Shown here in pieces: positions 1-9,816 of a stretch of 64,000 nucleotides of DNA (position 1 is its first letter; the number at the start of each line of letters is the position of its first letter). A program made the position numbers and the translations under genes. The notes beneath the pieces were generated by a model. The model was not told the DNA's origin and did not search any database. It saw only the letters and a list, made by a program, of their open reading frames with translations. This DNA comes from Alkalispirochaeta sp. (GTDB taxonomy: Bacteria; Spirochaetota; Spirochaetia; DSM-27196; Alkalispirochaetaceae): assembly GCA_965242725.1 (NCBI GenBank), contig CBDESZ010000030.1:1-64000 (forward strand), given 5' to 3'.

Positions 1-10
1 CGCCCGGTCG

Positions 11-24
11 GTAACATATGTTAC
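11..24. promoter_or_regulatory. Palindromic operator GTAAC-ATAT-GTTAC, candidate binding site for the adjacent HcpR-like regulator
   Basis: Perfect 14-bp palindrome 63 nt upstream of the Crp/Fnr start codon. It resembles, from memory, the GTAAC-N4-GTTAC-type motif predicted for HcpR regulators in anaerobes. Confidence 0.55.
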
Positions 25-87
25 TAGTTTACTACACAATTACCCGTTTTTTCAAAGAATTTCCTGCCGGCTGACCGGAGGCACCTG

Positions 88-790
88 ATGGAGCCCTCCG
101 CCTCACCGACCGTTGCGGCCCAAATCCCCCTTTTCCGCCGCCTTCCCGCGGGTGATATGCGACTCCTTGACGAGCAGCTGCAACGGTCCTCCCGCCACGC
201 CGATGCAGGCCAGGTTATCGCCGAGCGAGGCAGTCCGATGGAGATGCTTGCTTATCCTCATTGATGGAAACGCCCATGCGGAAATCGTCTCGGGCGAAGG
301 TCAGACGATGAATGTCGAAAGTTTTCGCGGACCCGAAGTCATCGCGTCGGCGATGCTGTTTGCGCCGAAACCGCACCTTCCCGTCTCTCTCGTCGCCGAC
401 TCTGAGTGTACCTATACAACGTTGCCGCGGGATTTCCTCCTTGACCTGTGTCAGCGGCACCGGTCCGTTCTTGAAGCGCTCCTCGGCGATGTCGGCAGAC
501 GGACCGCTTTTCTTGCCGCCCGTCTCCGTCTCGCCCAGTTTGCCTCCCTTCGCCAGCGTATTGCCGTCTATATTTCGGAAGCGAAGGCGAGGGTCGACCG
601 CAACGGCGTGGAATACATTCACGTTAGCCATACCCGGCAGGAGCTGGCCGATATGTTCGGGGTCGCCCGCCCTTCCCTCTCCCGGGAGCTTGGCCGCATG
701 TGCGATGAAGGACTGATCTGGACAGACGGCAGTACCATTCAGGTGATGGATCGCGGGGCGATCGAGACCCTCGTGACGGGCTGCGAGTAA
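88..790 (+). pseudogene. Crp/Fnr-family (HcpR-like) transcriptional regulator, split by a +1 frameshift at ~246-253 as sequenced
   Basis: GGAGG plus ATG88 reads MEPSASPTVAAQIPLFRRLP...GQVIAERGSPMEML (cNMP-domain start) and stops at TGA 262-264. The next frame continues LILIDGNA... to the HTH TRQELADMFGVARPSLSREL. Confidence 0.75.
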
Positions 791-847
791 TATCCCGCGC
801 ATCGGAAGACACATCGCCTCTCCAGGCGGGGCTCTACAGAAAAAGCT

Positions 848-1687
848 CTACAGGAGGGGAGTGACCGTCTCCTCCAGGCGCCGCTCCCACGCTTCGGCAA
901 TAGCACGGGTCGTTCCACCGGGAAGACCGAGTTCAGTGGAATCGATTTGCCGGACCGGCACGATTCCCCGCGTCGCGGAGCTGATAAACGCCTCCATAAC
1001 CTTTCCGGCAACGACATCTTCGATGGTAACGGCCTCGAGCGAGACGGGAACGATTCCGGGCGCGACCGCAAGCACCATTCGCCGGGCGATACCCTCAAGA
1101 ACTCCCTCCCCGGCGGTATGGAGCGTCCCTTCCTTTACGGCATAGAAGTTGGACGACGCCCCTTCAAGAATGGATCCACCGGAATCGGCGAGAAGATATT
1201 CATAGACCTCTTGCGCACCTCCGGAAAAGGATTGTCGCCGGCGCATCCAGGCAGTGCTCTTGACCGTCGCCTGCGTACGAGCGGCGTCGCGAATCACGGC
1301 GGTGACGACTCCCCGCTCCCTGATCCCGGGATCGAGGTCCCGGGCGATCTCGGTGGTCACCCGATACGCGACGGGTCCGTCGAGGACGGCGGTCACCCTG
1401 AACCGCACGTCCCGCTCCAATCCGGCGGCCGCGCTCCGCCGCCGGACATCCCCCGCCAGCACCTCCCGTATCTTCCGTCGCGGCGCGGAAATCGGTACGC
1501 CCAGGGCGGCGGCGGAGCGCTCCAGCCGGTCAAAGTGGGCGTCAAGATCAAGGACCATACGCCCTCCCTGATAGGTCCGTGCGACGAGGTATACTCCGTG
1601 TACCGGTTCGGTACCGATCTCGTCGGAAAGAGACTCGACAGAACGAAGTTCGATATCAGAATAATCTTGAGCAATTTTCTTGTTCAT
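848..1687 (-). CDS. PLP-dependent aminotransferase class IV (D-amino-acid transaminase/ADC-lyase-like)
   Basis: HFDRLERSA, catalytic K (VKST), EGASSNFY, LEGIAR, EAFISSATRGIVP; GGAGGAG SD upstream. Confidence 0.85.
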   Translation of the reverse strand: MNKKIAQDYSDIELRSVESLSDEIGTEPVHGVYLVARTYQGGRMVLDLDAHFDRLERSAAALGVPISAPRRKIREVLAGDVRRRSAAAGLERDVRFRVTAVLDGPVAYRVTTEIARDLDPGIRERGVVTAVIRDAARTQATVKSTAWMRRRQSFSGGAQEVYEYLLADSGGSILEGASSNFYAVKEGTLHTAGEGVLEGIARRMVLAVAPGIVPVSLEAVTIEDVVAGKVMEAFISSATRGIVPVRQIDSTELGLPGGTTRAIAEAWERRLEETVTPLL

Positions 1688-1701
1688 TCTATACTCCTCC
1701 C

Positions 1702-2167
1702 ATGAGAGGTCACCACAAAGGGCAGGTATGCATTACGTGCCATGACCAATCTCGCAGCCTCCTATAATGGCAAGCCCCGTCCCATAAAGAAGATCGCGGC
1801 GGATGAAGATATTTCCCCGGAGTTTCTGGAACAGATTTTTTTTAAACTCAAGAAGCACGGCATTATCGGCTCCGTACGCGGCCCCGGCGGCGGTTTCATA
1901 CTTGAAAAGAACCCGGAAGAGATATCCATAAAGGACATTTTTCTGGCCGTCGATGAAGGACTGGACCTGACACCCTGCACCGTATGTGGAGACACATCGG
2001 GGGGAGAACACTGCGCCCGTGAGGAACAGTGTCTCGTATACTCCGTATGGAAAGAAGCGTCTGAACACATAATTGACTACTTTTCGAGTATCTCCCTGCA
2101 GGATGTGCTGGACAAGAGCAAGGATAAAATCCAGAAGCTTCTCGCCGGCGGTGAAATCTCGGCCTAA
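1702..2167 (+). pseudogene. Rrf2-family (IscR-like) regulator with a +1 frameshift after codon 2 as sequenced; otherwise a truncated ORF from 1742
   Basis: Removing one G from ATG AGA G GTC ACC ACA AAG GGC AGG TAT GCA TTA CGT GCC ATG gives the canonical MRVTTKGRYALRAM. Downstream: FLEQIF, SVRGPGGG and Cys cluster CTVC...C...C. Confidence 0.7.
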
Positions 2168-3315
2168 CCCTTCCGACCATTCTCCGGCGTATCCTTGACG
2201 TGTAAATCCATCTGGGGAAAGGGAATCTCGATTCCATGCTCCCGGAAGGCACGCCATATCTCGAGATTCATCCAGCTGAATGCGGGAATACGGTCCACCG
2301 CATCGGTGATCCACGTACAAATGCGCACCGTTATTCCCGAGTCGTCAAAGGACCACACCCGATAGTGGGGCTCCTCGCCCCGCGCGGCGTAGGGATTTTT
2401 CCGTGCAACCTCCAGGAGCACTTCACCGACACGGTCAAGGTCACTGGAGTAGCTCACCTGCACGGGGTTGCAGATGACGATACGCACATCGTCATAAGAG
2501 TAGTTGTGCATCGTACTTCCGGTAATACGGGAGTTGGGTATGATTATCGTCTCATGGGTGATCGTTTCCACGACAGTGTGTATGAGTTTGATGTGCTGAA
2601 CCGTCCCCTCGATGTCGTCAACCAGGATGCGGTCTCCTTCCTTTACCGGCCGGGCAAATATGATGATAATACCGGCAAAGACGTTTCCCACCGTGTCCTG
2701 CAAGCCGAAACCGACACCAATGCCAAGTACCCCGAAGAGCACCGCCAGCGACGAGAGGTTGATACCGATGACGCTCAGTCCCACGATGATTGTCAATCCA
2801 AGCACGAGAAATCGCACGACGTTGAGAATTGAAAACTGTCGGGCCCGATCCAGTTGAAACCGGGTGAGAACCTTGTGTTCCACAACGTGCCGGCTCATAC
2901 GGGAGAGCCATCCGGCAAGGTAAAAGACGGGCATCACCAGAATCAGGGTGACAGCGGATATCGCCGTGTTCCCGGAGGTGAAAAAGGGCTGATTGAGAAT
3001 CTGGATCGCTTTGTCGATCCACCGTACCAGTTCCGTTTCAAGTATACGTCCGACGAGAATGACGAGGAAAAAGAGATACACCAGCCGGAAGACACGGCGT
3101 GTCCACCGGGTGACACGGGGAGCGTTGAAGTCTTCAATTGTTACCCTGGAAATGCGTCGGTTGATGACACGAAAGAGGACAAACAGCACAACCGCGGCAA
3201 TAGCCGCGGGAATGACAAGATCGGTGATGACTTCAACGATGGAAAATGGAAAGACGAGCGGTCCGACCGACAGGGGAGATACGATAAACTGCGGGAGTTC
3301 AACAAAGTCGCTCAT
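2164..3315 (-). CDS. MscS-family small-conductance mechanosensitive channel
   Basis: TM helices, GVGFGLQD...N..AG, GDRI, IPNS, GIEIPFPQ. Confidence 0.92.
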   Translation of the reverse strand: MSDFVELPQFIVSPLSVGPLVFPFSIVEVITDLVIPAAIAAVVLFVLFRVINRRISRVTIEDFNAPRVTRWTRRVFRLVYLFFLVILVGRILETELVRWIDKAIQILNQPFFTSGNTAISAVTLILVMPVFYLAGWLSRMSRHVVEHKVLTRFQLDRARQFSILNVVRFLVLGLTIIVGLSVIGINLSSLAVLFGVLGIGVGFGLQDTVGNVFAGIIIIFARPVKEGDRILVDDIEGTVQHIKLIHTVVETITHETIIIPNSRITGSTMHNYSYDDVRIVICNPVQVSYSSDLDRVGEVLLEVARKNPYAARGEEPHYRVWSFDDSGITVRICTWITDAVDRIPAFSWMNLEIWRAFREHGIEIPFPQMDLHVKDTPENGRKG

Positions 3316-3332
3316 TCCGGCATACTACCAGC
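3316..3332. promoter_or_regulatory. Putative bidirectional leaderless promoter (overlapping -10 boxes)
   Basis: CATACT (+, 3321-3326) is 6 nt before ATG3333; TAGTAT (-, 3327-3322) is 6 nt before ATG3315; there is no room for an SD. Confidence 0.6.
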
Positions 3333-3962
3333 ATGCGCATTACTTGTGACAGTACGGCAGGCGTCATTATCGACGTACAACAACGGCTCCTCCCGGTGAT
3401 GTACGACCGGGATCGCACGCTGGAGAAGATCGTCACCCTCATCCGGGGGCTGCGTATTCTGGGAGTTCCCTTCATCGCAACGGAACAGTATCCCAAGGGG
3501 TTGGGCCCTTCCGTTGACGCCGTCATGGAAGCGCTGGCGGAGCCAATCGCCGTCGACGTCATCGCAGGCGCCGGGATTGATGGCGGCGACCGTCAGACCG
3601 AGGACGATCGATTCTCCCATCGGGAGCCTCAAAAACCGATGGTCAAATCCGCGTTCAGCTGCTGCGACGATGAACCATTTACCGCACGATTGAGTTCTCT
3701 CGGCCGGAAGACGATCCTCATCGCGGGGATCGAGGCGCATGTATGCGTCCTGCAGACGACGGTTGATCTTCTGGAACGGGGCTACCGTCCCGTCGTCGTC
3801 GCCGACGCCGTCTCAAGTCGACGCATTGAAGATCGGGATACCGCCCTCCGTCGCATGGAACGGGAAGGAGCGCTGCTCACCACCGTCGAGTCCATCCTGT
3901 TTGAATTGACCCGCATTTCCGGCACCCCCCGATTCAAGGCAATTTCGAAACTTATTAAATAG
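3333..3962 (+). CDS. Isochorismatase-family cysteine hydrolase (YcaC/ISOC-like)
   Basis: IIDVQQRL, TEQYPKGLG, K..FSC, GIEAHVCVLQT, DAVSSR. Confidence 0.9.
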   Translation: MRITCDSTAGVIIDVQQRLLPVMYDRDRTLEKIVTLIRGLRILGVPFIATEQYPKGLGPSVDAVMEALAEPIAVDVIAGAGIDGGDRQTEDDRFSHREPQKPMVKSAFSCCDDEPFTARLSSLGRKTILIAGIEAHVCVLQTTVDLLERGYRPVVVADAVSSRRIEDRDTALRRMEREGALLTTVESILFELTRISGTPRFKAISKLIK

Positions 3963-3967
3963 GACGT

Positions 3968-4720
3968 ATGAGTATTACCACCCAACTTGACCACGATCTT
4001 TTGCGGCACGCCGCCGATGTCATTGCCGGGGCGGACTATCTCGTCGCCTTTACGGGAGCCGGTATTTCAGTGGAGAGCGGTATTCCATCCTTTCGCGGTG
4101 AAAACGGCCTGTGGCACCGGTACGATCCGCAGGTTCTTGAAATCCGCTATTTTCTCACCAATCCGGAAGAGGCGTGGGAGGTCATCAGGGAGATCTTCTA
4201 CGACAATTTCGGTCGTGCCGAACCGAATACGGCGCACAAGGTCCTCGCCTACTGGGAGGAAATCGGATTGCTGAAAGGGCTCATTACTCAGAATATCGAC
4301 GATCTCCATTACAAGGCGGGAAACAAAGAACCTATTGAATACCATGGCAACAGCCGACACCTCATATGCACCCAGACGGGTCGCCGCTATGATGCGACGG
4401 AAGAGCGGCTGCGCACCCTTCCTCCCCTCTCGGACGACGGGGCGCTGCTGAAACCGGATTTTGTCTTTTTTGGAGAGGGAATCCCGAAGGAAGCGGCGCG
4501 ACGGGCCGAGCACGCCGCACGTACCGCCGACGTCATGCTCATTATCGGCACTACCGGTGAGGTCTATCCGGCGGCGTCGCTGCCTTCCATGGCGGCGCAG
4601 AATCGCGCAACCATCATCGAGATCAATCCGGAACGAACCCTCTACACTCCGTCAATTACCGATATATTCATTCAGGCTTCGGCGGTTTCGGCGATGGAAG
4701 GTCTCAGCGCCCTGACGTGA
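3968..4720 (+). CDS. cobB: Sir2-family NAD-dependent protein deacylase
   Basis: TGAGISVESGIPSFRG, TQNID.LH, HG, KPDFVFFGE, GTTGEVYPAA, EINP. Confidence 0.9.
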   Translation: MSITTQLDHDLLRHAADVIAGADYLVAFTGAGISVESGIPSFRGENGLWHRYDPQVLEIRYFLTNPEEAWEVIREIFYDNFGRAEPNTAHKVLAYWEEIGLLKGLITQNIDDLHYKAGNKEPIEYHGNSRHLICTQTGRRYDATEERLRTLPPLSDDGALLKPDFVFFGEGIPKEAARRAEHAARTADVMLIIGTTGEVYPAASLPSMAAQNRATIIEINPERTLYTPSITDIFIQASAVSAMEGLSALT

Positions 4721-4769
4721 CGGTACCGGGAAACTTGTTGCATCAGCCCCGTTTGCATACACTCAATAC

Positions 4770-6041
4770 ATGAAAAAGAACGTCGGATTCGTATCATTCC
4801 GAATTGCCGGTACCGACGGCGTCTCCCTGGAGACCATGAAGTGGGCCCACGTACTGGAACGGAATAACTGCACCTGTTTCTACCTCGGAGGTGAGCTGGA
4901 TACCCCCGCGGAACGGAGCATCGTGGCCCCCGGACTCCATTTTCAGGAACCGGAGGTGCGGGACACCTACCGTCGCTGTTTTTCCGGGGGTATCCGTTCC
5001 CCTGAATTGACTGCAACCCTCCACCGGCAGCGGGAGTCGATTAAGAAATCTCTCTATGAATTTGTGGACCGGTTTGGAATCGATATTCTCATTCCGGAAA
5101 ACGCCGTAACCATTCCGCTCAACATCCCCCTGGGTATGGCGATTACGGAGTTCATCGCGGAAACAGGCATTCACACGGTGGCGCATCACCACGATTTCTT
5201 CTGGGAACGGAAGCGCTTTCTCGTCAATTGTGTATGGGACTACCTCAACAGTTGTTTTCCTCCCCACCTCCCCACGGTCCACCACGTTGTTATCAATACT
5301 TCGGGGCAGAATCAGCTGGCCCTGCGGACAGGTATCAGCTCCACCCTCATCCCCAATGTCATGGACTTTGAAACTCCGGCACCGGGAATAGACGACTACA
5401 ACGGCGACGTCCGTTCAGCCCTGGGCATTGATGAGGACGAGCTCTTCGTCCTGCAGCCGACTCGGGTGGTACAACGAAAGGGTATAGAACACGCAATAGA
5501 GCTGGTTGCGCGGCTCGGCCGCAAGGCGGCGCTCGTTATTTCTCACGCGTCGGGTGATGAAGGATATGAGTATCAGACCCGGGTCAGGGAATACGCTCAA
5601 ATGCTGAAAATTAGGGCGATATTCGTGGATGATCTCATCGCCGATTCACGGGGCACGACCGTGGACGGGCGCAAAATCTACAGCCTTCAGGACGTCTATC
5701 CCCATGCCGATCTGGTAACCTATCCGTCAATTTTTGAGGGATTCGGGAACGCCTTTCTAGAAGCGGTCTATTTCCGCAAACCGATCGTCGTCAATAACTA
5801 CTCCATATACTCCCACGATATAAAACCCCTGGGATTCAGGGTCATCGAAATGGACGATTTTGTTTCGCAGGAGACCGTCCGCACGACCGCGGAAGTTCTG
5901 GACAACCGGGACCTGATGGAGTCAATGGTTGAGATCAACTATTCCCTCGCGTTGAAGTTTTTCTCCTATTCGGTGCTGGAGAAAAAACTGTGGTACCTGG
6001 TGAGAAGCGTCTACGGCGTTGAAGAGGCGCACACGACGTAG
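4770..6041 (+). CDS. GT4 glycosyltransferase, mannosylglucosylglycerate synthase (MggS)-like
   Basis: GTDGVSLE..KW N-terminus, HHHDFFWER, PTRVVQRKGIE, EGFGNAFLEA. Confidence 0.7.
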   Translation: MKKNVGFVSFRIAGTDGVSLETMKWAHVLERNNCTCFYLGGELDTPAERSIVAPGLHFQEPEVRDTYRRCFSGGIRSPELTATLHRQRESIKKSLYEFVDRFGIDILIPENAVTIPLNIPLGMAITEFIAETGIHTVAHHHDFFWERKRFLVNCVWDYLNSCFPPHLPTVHHVVINTSGQNQLALRTGISSTLIPNVMDFETPAPGIDDYNGDVRSALGIDEDELFVLQPTRVVQRKGIEHAIELVARLGRKAALVISHASGDEGYEYQTRVREYAQMLKIRAIFVDDLIADSRGTTVDGRKIYSLQDVYPHADLVTYPSIFEGFGNAFLEAVYFRKPIVVNNYSIYSHDIKPLGFRVIEMDDFVSQETVRTTAEVLDNRDLMESMVEINYSLALKFFSYSVLEKKLWYLVRSVYGVEEAHTT

Positions 6042-6044
6042 CGG

Positions 6045-6557
6045 TTAACGGAACTCGTCAAGGATAAACGGCACGTCGGGAACGGGGCGCTGGTTGCGGT
6101 AGGTAAAAAGCAGCTGCAGATTGACCATCCGTCCGCCGTATTCAACATAATGAAGGTCCCACCGGAGCGGTTCTCCATTGAGAAGCAGGTCATATCGTTC
6201 AACGTGTCCCTCGGGCATCGAATCAATGGGCGGGATTTTTTCCGCTTCAACGGATCGTACGGCGATGATCTCCCGAAAATCGCCGTCAACCTTCATCACC
6301 ATTCCCGCACGCCGCAGTAATGCGATTGCCTGCAACGCGTCATAACCGTTGACGGAAAATGGGTCAGGCGTCGGGAAGATCGTTGCCGACCGGGGCCAGG
6401 CGGGCGGATCCAGCGCATCCGGGGGAAGAGCGGCGGAATCCGCATCCTGGCCGAAGACTGTGCCAACGCAGAGGAAGATCAATGCGGCAGCCGTAAGCAC
6501 GGCCGTTCCCACCGGACGGGATCGGATGGTTGCATCCATACCTACAAGTATCGTCAC
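6045..6557 (-). CDS. Hypothetical exported protein (start uncertain)
   Basis: Fills the gap just downstream of dsdA; hydrophobic signal-like segment ending TVFG-Q. Confidence 0.6.
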   Translation of the reverse strand: MTILVGMDATIRSRPVGTAVLTAAALIFLCVGTVFGQDADSAALPPDALDPPAWPRSATIFPTPDPFSVNGYDALQAIALLRRAGMVMKVDGDFREIIAVRSVEAEKIPPIDSMPEGHVERYDLLLNGEPLRWDLHYVEYGGRMVNLQLLFTYRNQRPVPDVPFILDEFR

Positions 6558-6571
6558 GGCGGTGCATCCCG

Positions 6572-7945
6572 TTAATCGGCAGAGATCAGCGCTCTTCCCC
6601 GGCGCAGATACTCCGCCATATCCTCCTCGGGCACCATGCTGCCTCCGGTCGCCCAGACGAGATGTGTTGCTTCCTCGTCTCCATGCATTTTTCGTATCAC
6701 CCCGGGGCCAGAAAAGCCCGCAAGCGCCGACGGCTCAAGGGCAATTCCCGTCCGGTCGTAGAGACCGGCAAGCATACGGAGCAACCGATCGTCGGAGACT
6801 GTATATACGCCGTCAATCAGGCGCAACATCCGTCGGCCGACGAATCCGGATGGTCTTCCTACGGCGAGGCCGTCCGCGACGGTACGGTTGTCGATACCGA
6901 AATCCTGAACCGAGATTTCCTCATGGAGTCCGGTGTAGAGACCGGTCAGCATCGCCGGAGAATGGGTCGGTTCCGCAAAAAAGCAGTGTACGCTGTCGCC
7001 AAAGGCAAGCTTCAGGCCAAAGGCGACGCCGCCGGGTCCACCGCCTACTCCGCAGGGCAGGTAGACATAGAGGGGACGACTTCCGTCCACCCTGATTCCC
7101 TGCTCTACACATTGTCGTGCCAGACGCTCTCCCGCCACGGCGTACCCGAAAAAGAGGGTCGACGAATTTTCGTCATCCACAAAATGGCATTTCTCGTCCG
7201 CCGCGGCCTGCCGCCGTCCTTCGGCGACTGCGGCACTGTAGTCGTCGGCGTACTCCACGACGGTAACGCCGCGACTGCGCAGAAGTTCTTTCTTCCAGCG
7301 CCGGGCATCCGCCGACATATGCACCGTAACGGAGAAACCGAGTTGGGATCCCATAATTCCAATTGAAAGCCCCAGGTTGCCCGTTGACCCCACGGCGATT
7401 GCGTATCGGGAAAACACGTCCTTCCACTCATCACTGCCAAAACGGCGATAGTCGACCCCCGGCGCGTTTTCTTCGCTGGCGGTTGGAGTGGACGGCAGCA
7501 ATCCCTCGTCGACGGCGCATTGCTCGGCAAAGGCGAGCACCTCATGAATGCCTCCCCGCGCCTTGATCGATCCAGAAACGGGCAGCTCGTTGTCACACTT
7601 CATCCACACCGTTTCAGCGTCCCCGGCACCGTCCCACGGCGCCGATACGTGCCGCAGGGGCGACTCTATCAGCCCCGCCGCCTCGCCCGTCTCGGGAAAC
7701 TGATCGGCTATGTACGGGGCAAATCGCCGCAACCGTCGCGATGCCGCGGCCACATCCTCCGCCGTAATATCCAGCGTCGGCAGCACGGAAGCCACCGATT
7801 CCGTGGCCGGATTCCGCCACACCACCTCTTCGGTCGCCATGATCGGACGCAGCAGAGGGTGCGTTTCAAGCCATCGGGAGAGCGGCTTCCCGGCGATGGG
7901 ACGATCTCCGGGCGGCAGAGCCGCCGCGTCGTCACGGTCTTTCAT
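6572..7945 (-). CDS. dsdA: D-serine ammonia-lyase
   Basis: [12 protein letters not shown] (PLP Lys), [43 protein letters not shown]. Confidence 0.92.
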   Translation of the reverse strand: MKDRDDAAALPPGDRPIAGKPLSRWLETHPLLRPIMATEEVVWRNPATESVASVLPTLDITAEDVAAASRRLRRFAPYIADQFPETGEAAGLIESPLRHVSAPWDGAGDAETVWMKCDNELPVSGSIKARGGIHEVLAFAEQCAVDEGLLPSTPTASEENAPGVDYRRFGSDEWKDVFSRYAIAVGSTGNLGLSIGIMGSQLGFSVTVHMSADARRWKKELLRSRGVTVVEYADDYSAAVAEGRRQAAADEKCHFVDDENSSTLFFGYAVAGERLARQCVEQGIRVDGSRPLYVYLPCGVGGGPGGVAFGLKLAFGDSVHCFFAEPTHSPAMLTGLYTGLHEEISVQDFGIDNRTVADGLAVGRPSGFVGRRMLRLIDGVYTVSDDRLLRMLAGLYDRTGIALEPSALAGFSGPGVIRKMHGDEEATHLVWATGGSMVPEEDMAEYLRRGRALISAD

Positions 7946-7993
7946 GTTTCAGTCCTTTCCCATGCCGCCCGCTCGGCCGCCGCCGGGCCACTC

Positions 7994-9760
7994 TCACCGC
8001 AATCGGAGCCACAGGACTTCATAGGGTTCCAGTTCCAGCGAAAAGAGCGCCCCTTCCCGGGTGGGAACGACCAGATCTCCCGAGACAATATCCTTCAGGA
8101 CGCCCTCTTCCGGCCACGGGAAGCGGTCCTTTCGCTCCCGGAACTCGACAACGTCCGCCGACAGATTATGGATCGCCAGCACCGCCTCGGTATGTCCTTC
8201 GTCCCCCTCCACGGAGGGATCACCATAGGGTCCCCGATAGAGAACAAAGAGGCGCTTGTCGCTTGAAATGACCTTCTGGGGACTCTTGGGATGGAATGCG
8301 GGCGAGCTCCCCCGGGCACGGAGTAACTGTAAGAAGCCGCTGAACACGGCGTGGCGGAGGCTTCCCTCATCGGAAACCTCGCGTATGACCTTCCGGAAAT
8401 CCAGCTTTTCCCGGTTGATCGTCCGGTTCATGCCCGTCTCCTCCACCCCATCCGTCCAGTTTTCCGATCCAAGGAGGCTGTGAATATATATTCCAGGGAC
8501 ACCCGCCAGTGCCAGCATCACCGCCTGACTCGCGAGAAAGGTCTCCGCCCGCTGGCCGGCGGGCAGCGCAGGATCGGTTACGGCGGAGAGATAATTCACA
8601 TTCATCTCATAGGGAATTTCGCCGTCCTTTGTCGCCTTGTACGATACCCGTCCGCCCCGCTCCTTCACGACGGCGGTAAGTGAATCCCGCTCTTCATCGC
8701 TCAGGATTCCATGGGTCGGAAGGAGACCGATACCGTCGTGGCTGGCGCAGAAATTGAAGAATGACGCCCCCCGACCGGGATCATCCAGACCCGCCGCCCA
8801 TTGCTGGAGGTGTCCGCCGTCGGCACGGACCATCGCATCCAGCAGCAACGGAGGCAACGAGAAGTTATACACCATATGCGCCTCGTCGCCGGAACCGAAA
8901 TAGGAAATATTCTCGGCGTGGGGCACATTGGTCTCGGTGATCAGCACGCCGTCGGGGTCAACAAGCTCCATGACGCGGCGGAAGAGCTTCACAATGAGAT
9001 GGGTATTGGGATGGTGAATACAGCTGTGCCCCTCCTCCTTCCACAAATAGGCGATGGCGTCGAGGCGGACGATCTGCACGCCGTGTCCGAGATACCCCAG
9101 GAAGACGTCGAGCATATCAAGAAGCACCGCCGGATTGGCCCAGTTCAGATCGACCTGATCGGCGGAAAAGGTGGTCCAGACATGCTTCGTACCATTTGCT
9201 GTCTCAAAGGCGGTCAGGAGCGGTAACGCCCGCGGGCGGACCACCATGGAGAGATCCATGTCGGGATCGGCGGTGATAAAATACTCATCGTAGGGAGCCT
9301 CACCGGCGAGAAACTTCTGAAACCACGGTCCCCGGGCGGAACAGTGGTTCAGCACCAGATCCGCCATGAGACGGAACTCCCGTCCGATCTCCTCCACCTC
9401 TTTCCACGTACCCAGCCGCTCATCCACCGCACGATAGTCGATCACGGAGAAGCCGTCGTCCGACGAATAGGGAGAAAACGGCAGGATGTGCACCCCCGAT
9501 ATCGTATCGTCACACGCCTCGTCGAGAAACCGGTAGAGGTACTGCAACGGCACCCCGTCGGAACCCCGCAGGGAGTCGCCGTAGCTGATGAGTACCGCAT
9601 CGCCCGAGGCGAGGGGAAAATCCCCGGCCGACTCGGAAAAGTGCTCCCGCTGTGCCCTGATCGAATCCCGGTGCTTCTCGATTGCCGCCATCACCCGCTC
9701 GGCAAGGTCGGGCTCCCGGGGATATATTTCCGCTACAAGTCGCTTTACACGTTCGTCCAT
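7994..9760 (-). CDS. GH13_18 glycoside phosphorylase, probably glucosylglycerate phosphorylase
   Basis: SSDDGFSVIDY, WTTFSADQVDLN, RLDAI, ITETNVP, ASHDGIG, PYEMN; the TETN and YE residues are the GGaP-type rather than the sucrose-type signature. Confidence 0.8.
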   Translation of the reverse strand: MDERVKRLVAEIYPREPDLAERVMAAIEKHRDSIRAQREHFSESAGDFPLASGDAVLISYGDSLRGSDGVPLQYLYRFLDEACDDTISGVHILPFSPYSSDDGFSVIDYRAVDERLGTWKEVEEIGREFRLMADLVLNHCSARGPWFQKFLAGEAPYDEYFITADPDMDLSMVVRPRALPLLTAFETANGTKHVWTTFSADQVDLNWANPAVLLDMLDVFLGYLGHGVQIVRLDAIAYLWKEEGHSCIHHPNTHLIVKLFRRVMELVDPDGVLITETNVPHAENISYFGSGDEAHMVYNFSLPPLLLDAMVRADGGHLQQWAAGLDDPGRGASFFNFCASHDGIGLLPTHGILSDEERDSLTAVVKERGGRVSYKATKDGEIPYEMNVNYLSAVTDPALPAGQRAETFLASQAVMLALAGVPGIYIHSLLGSENWTDGVEETGMNRTINREKLDFRKVIREVSDEGSLRHAVFSGFLQLLRARGSSPAFHPKSPQKVISSDKRLFVLYRGPYGDPSVEGDEGHTEAVLAIHNLSADVVEFRERKDRFPWPEEGVLKDIVSGDLVVPTREGALFSLELEPYEVLWLRLR

Positions 9761-9816
9761 AGTATCAAGAATAGAATACCTGCGGAGTTACCGCAATTTA
9801 GACATCGGAGCCTCAC

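Noticed and set aside
1702..1767. CxxCH heme motif in the out-of-frame peptide MRGHHKGQVCITCHD
   Set aside because: It is a by-product of reading conserved Rrf2 codons out of frame; there is no signal peptide.
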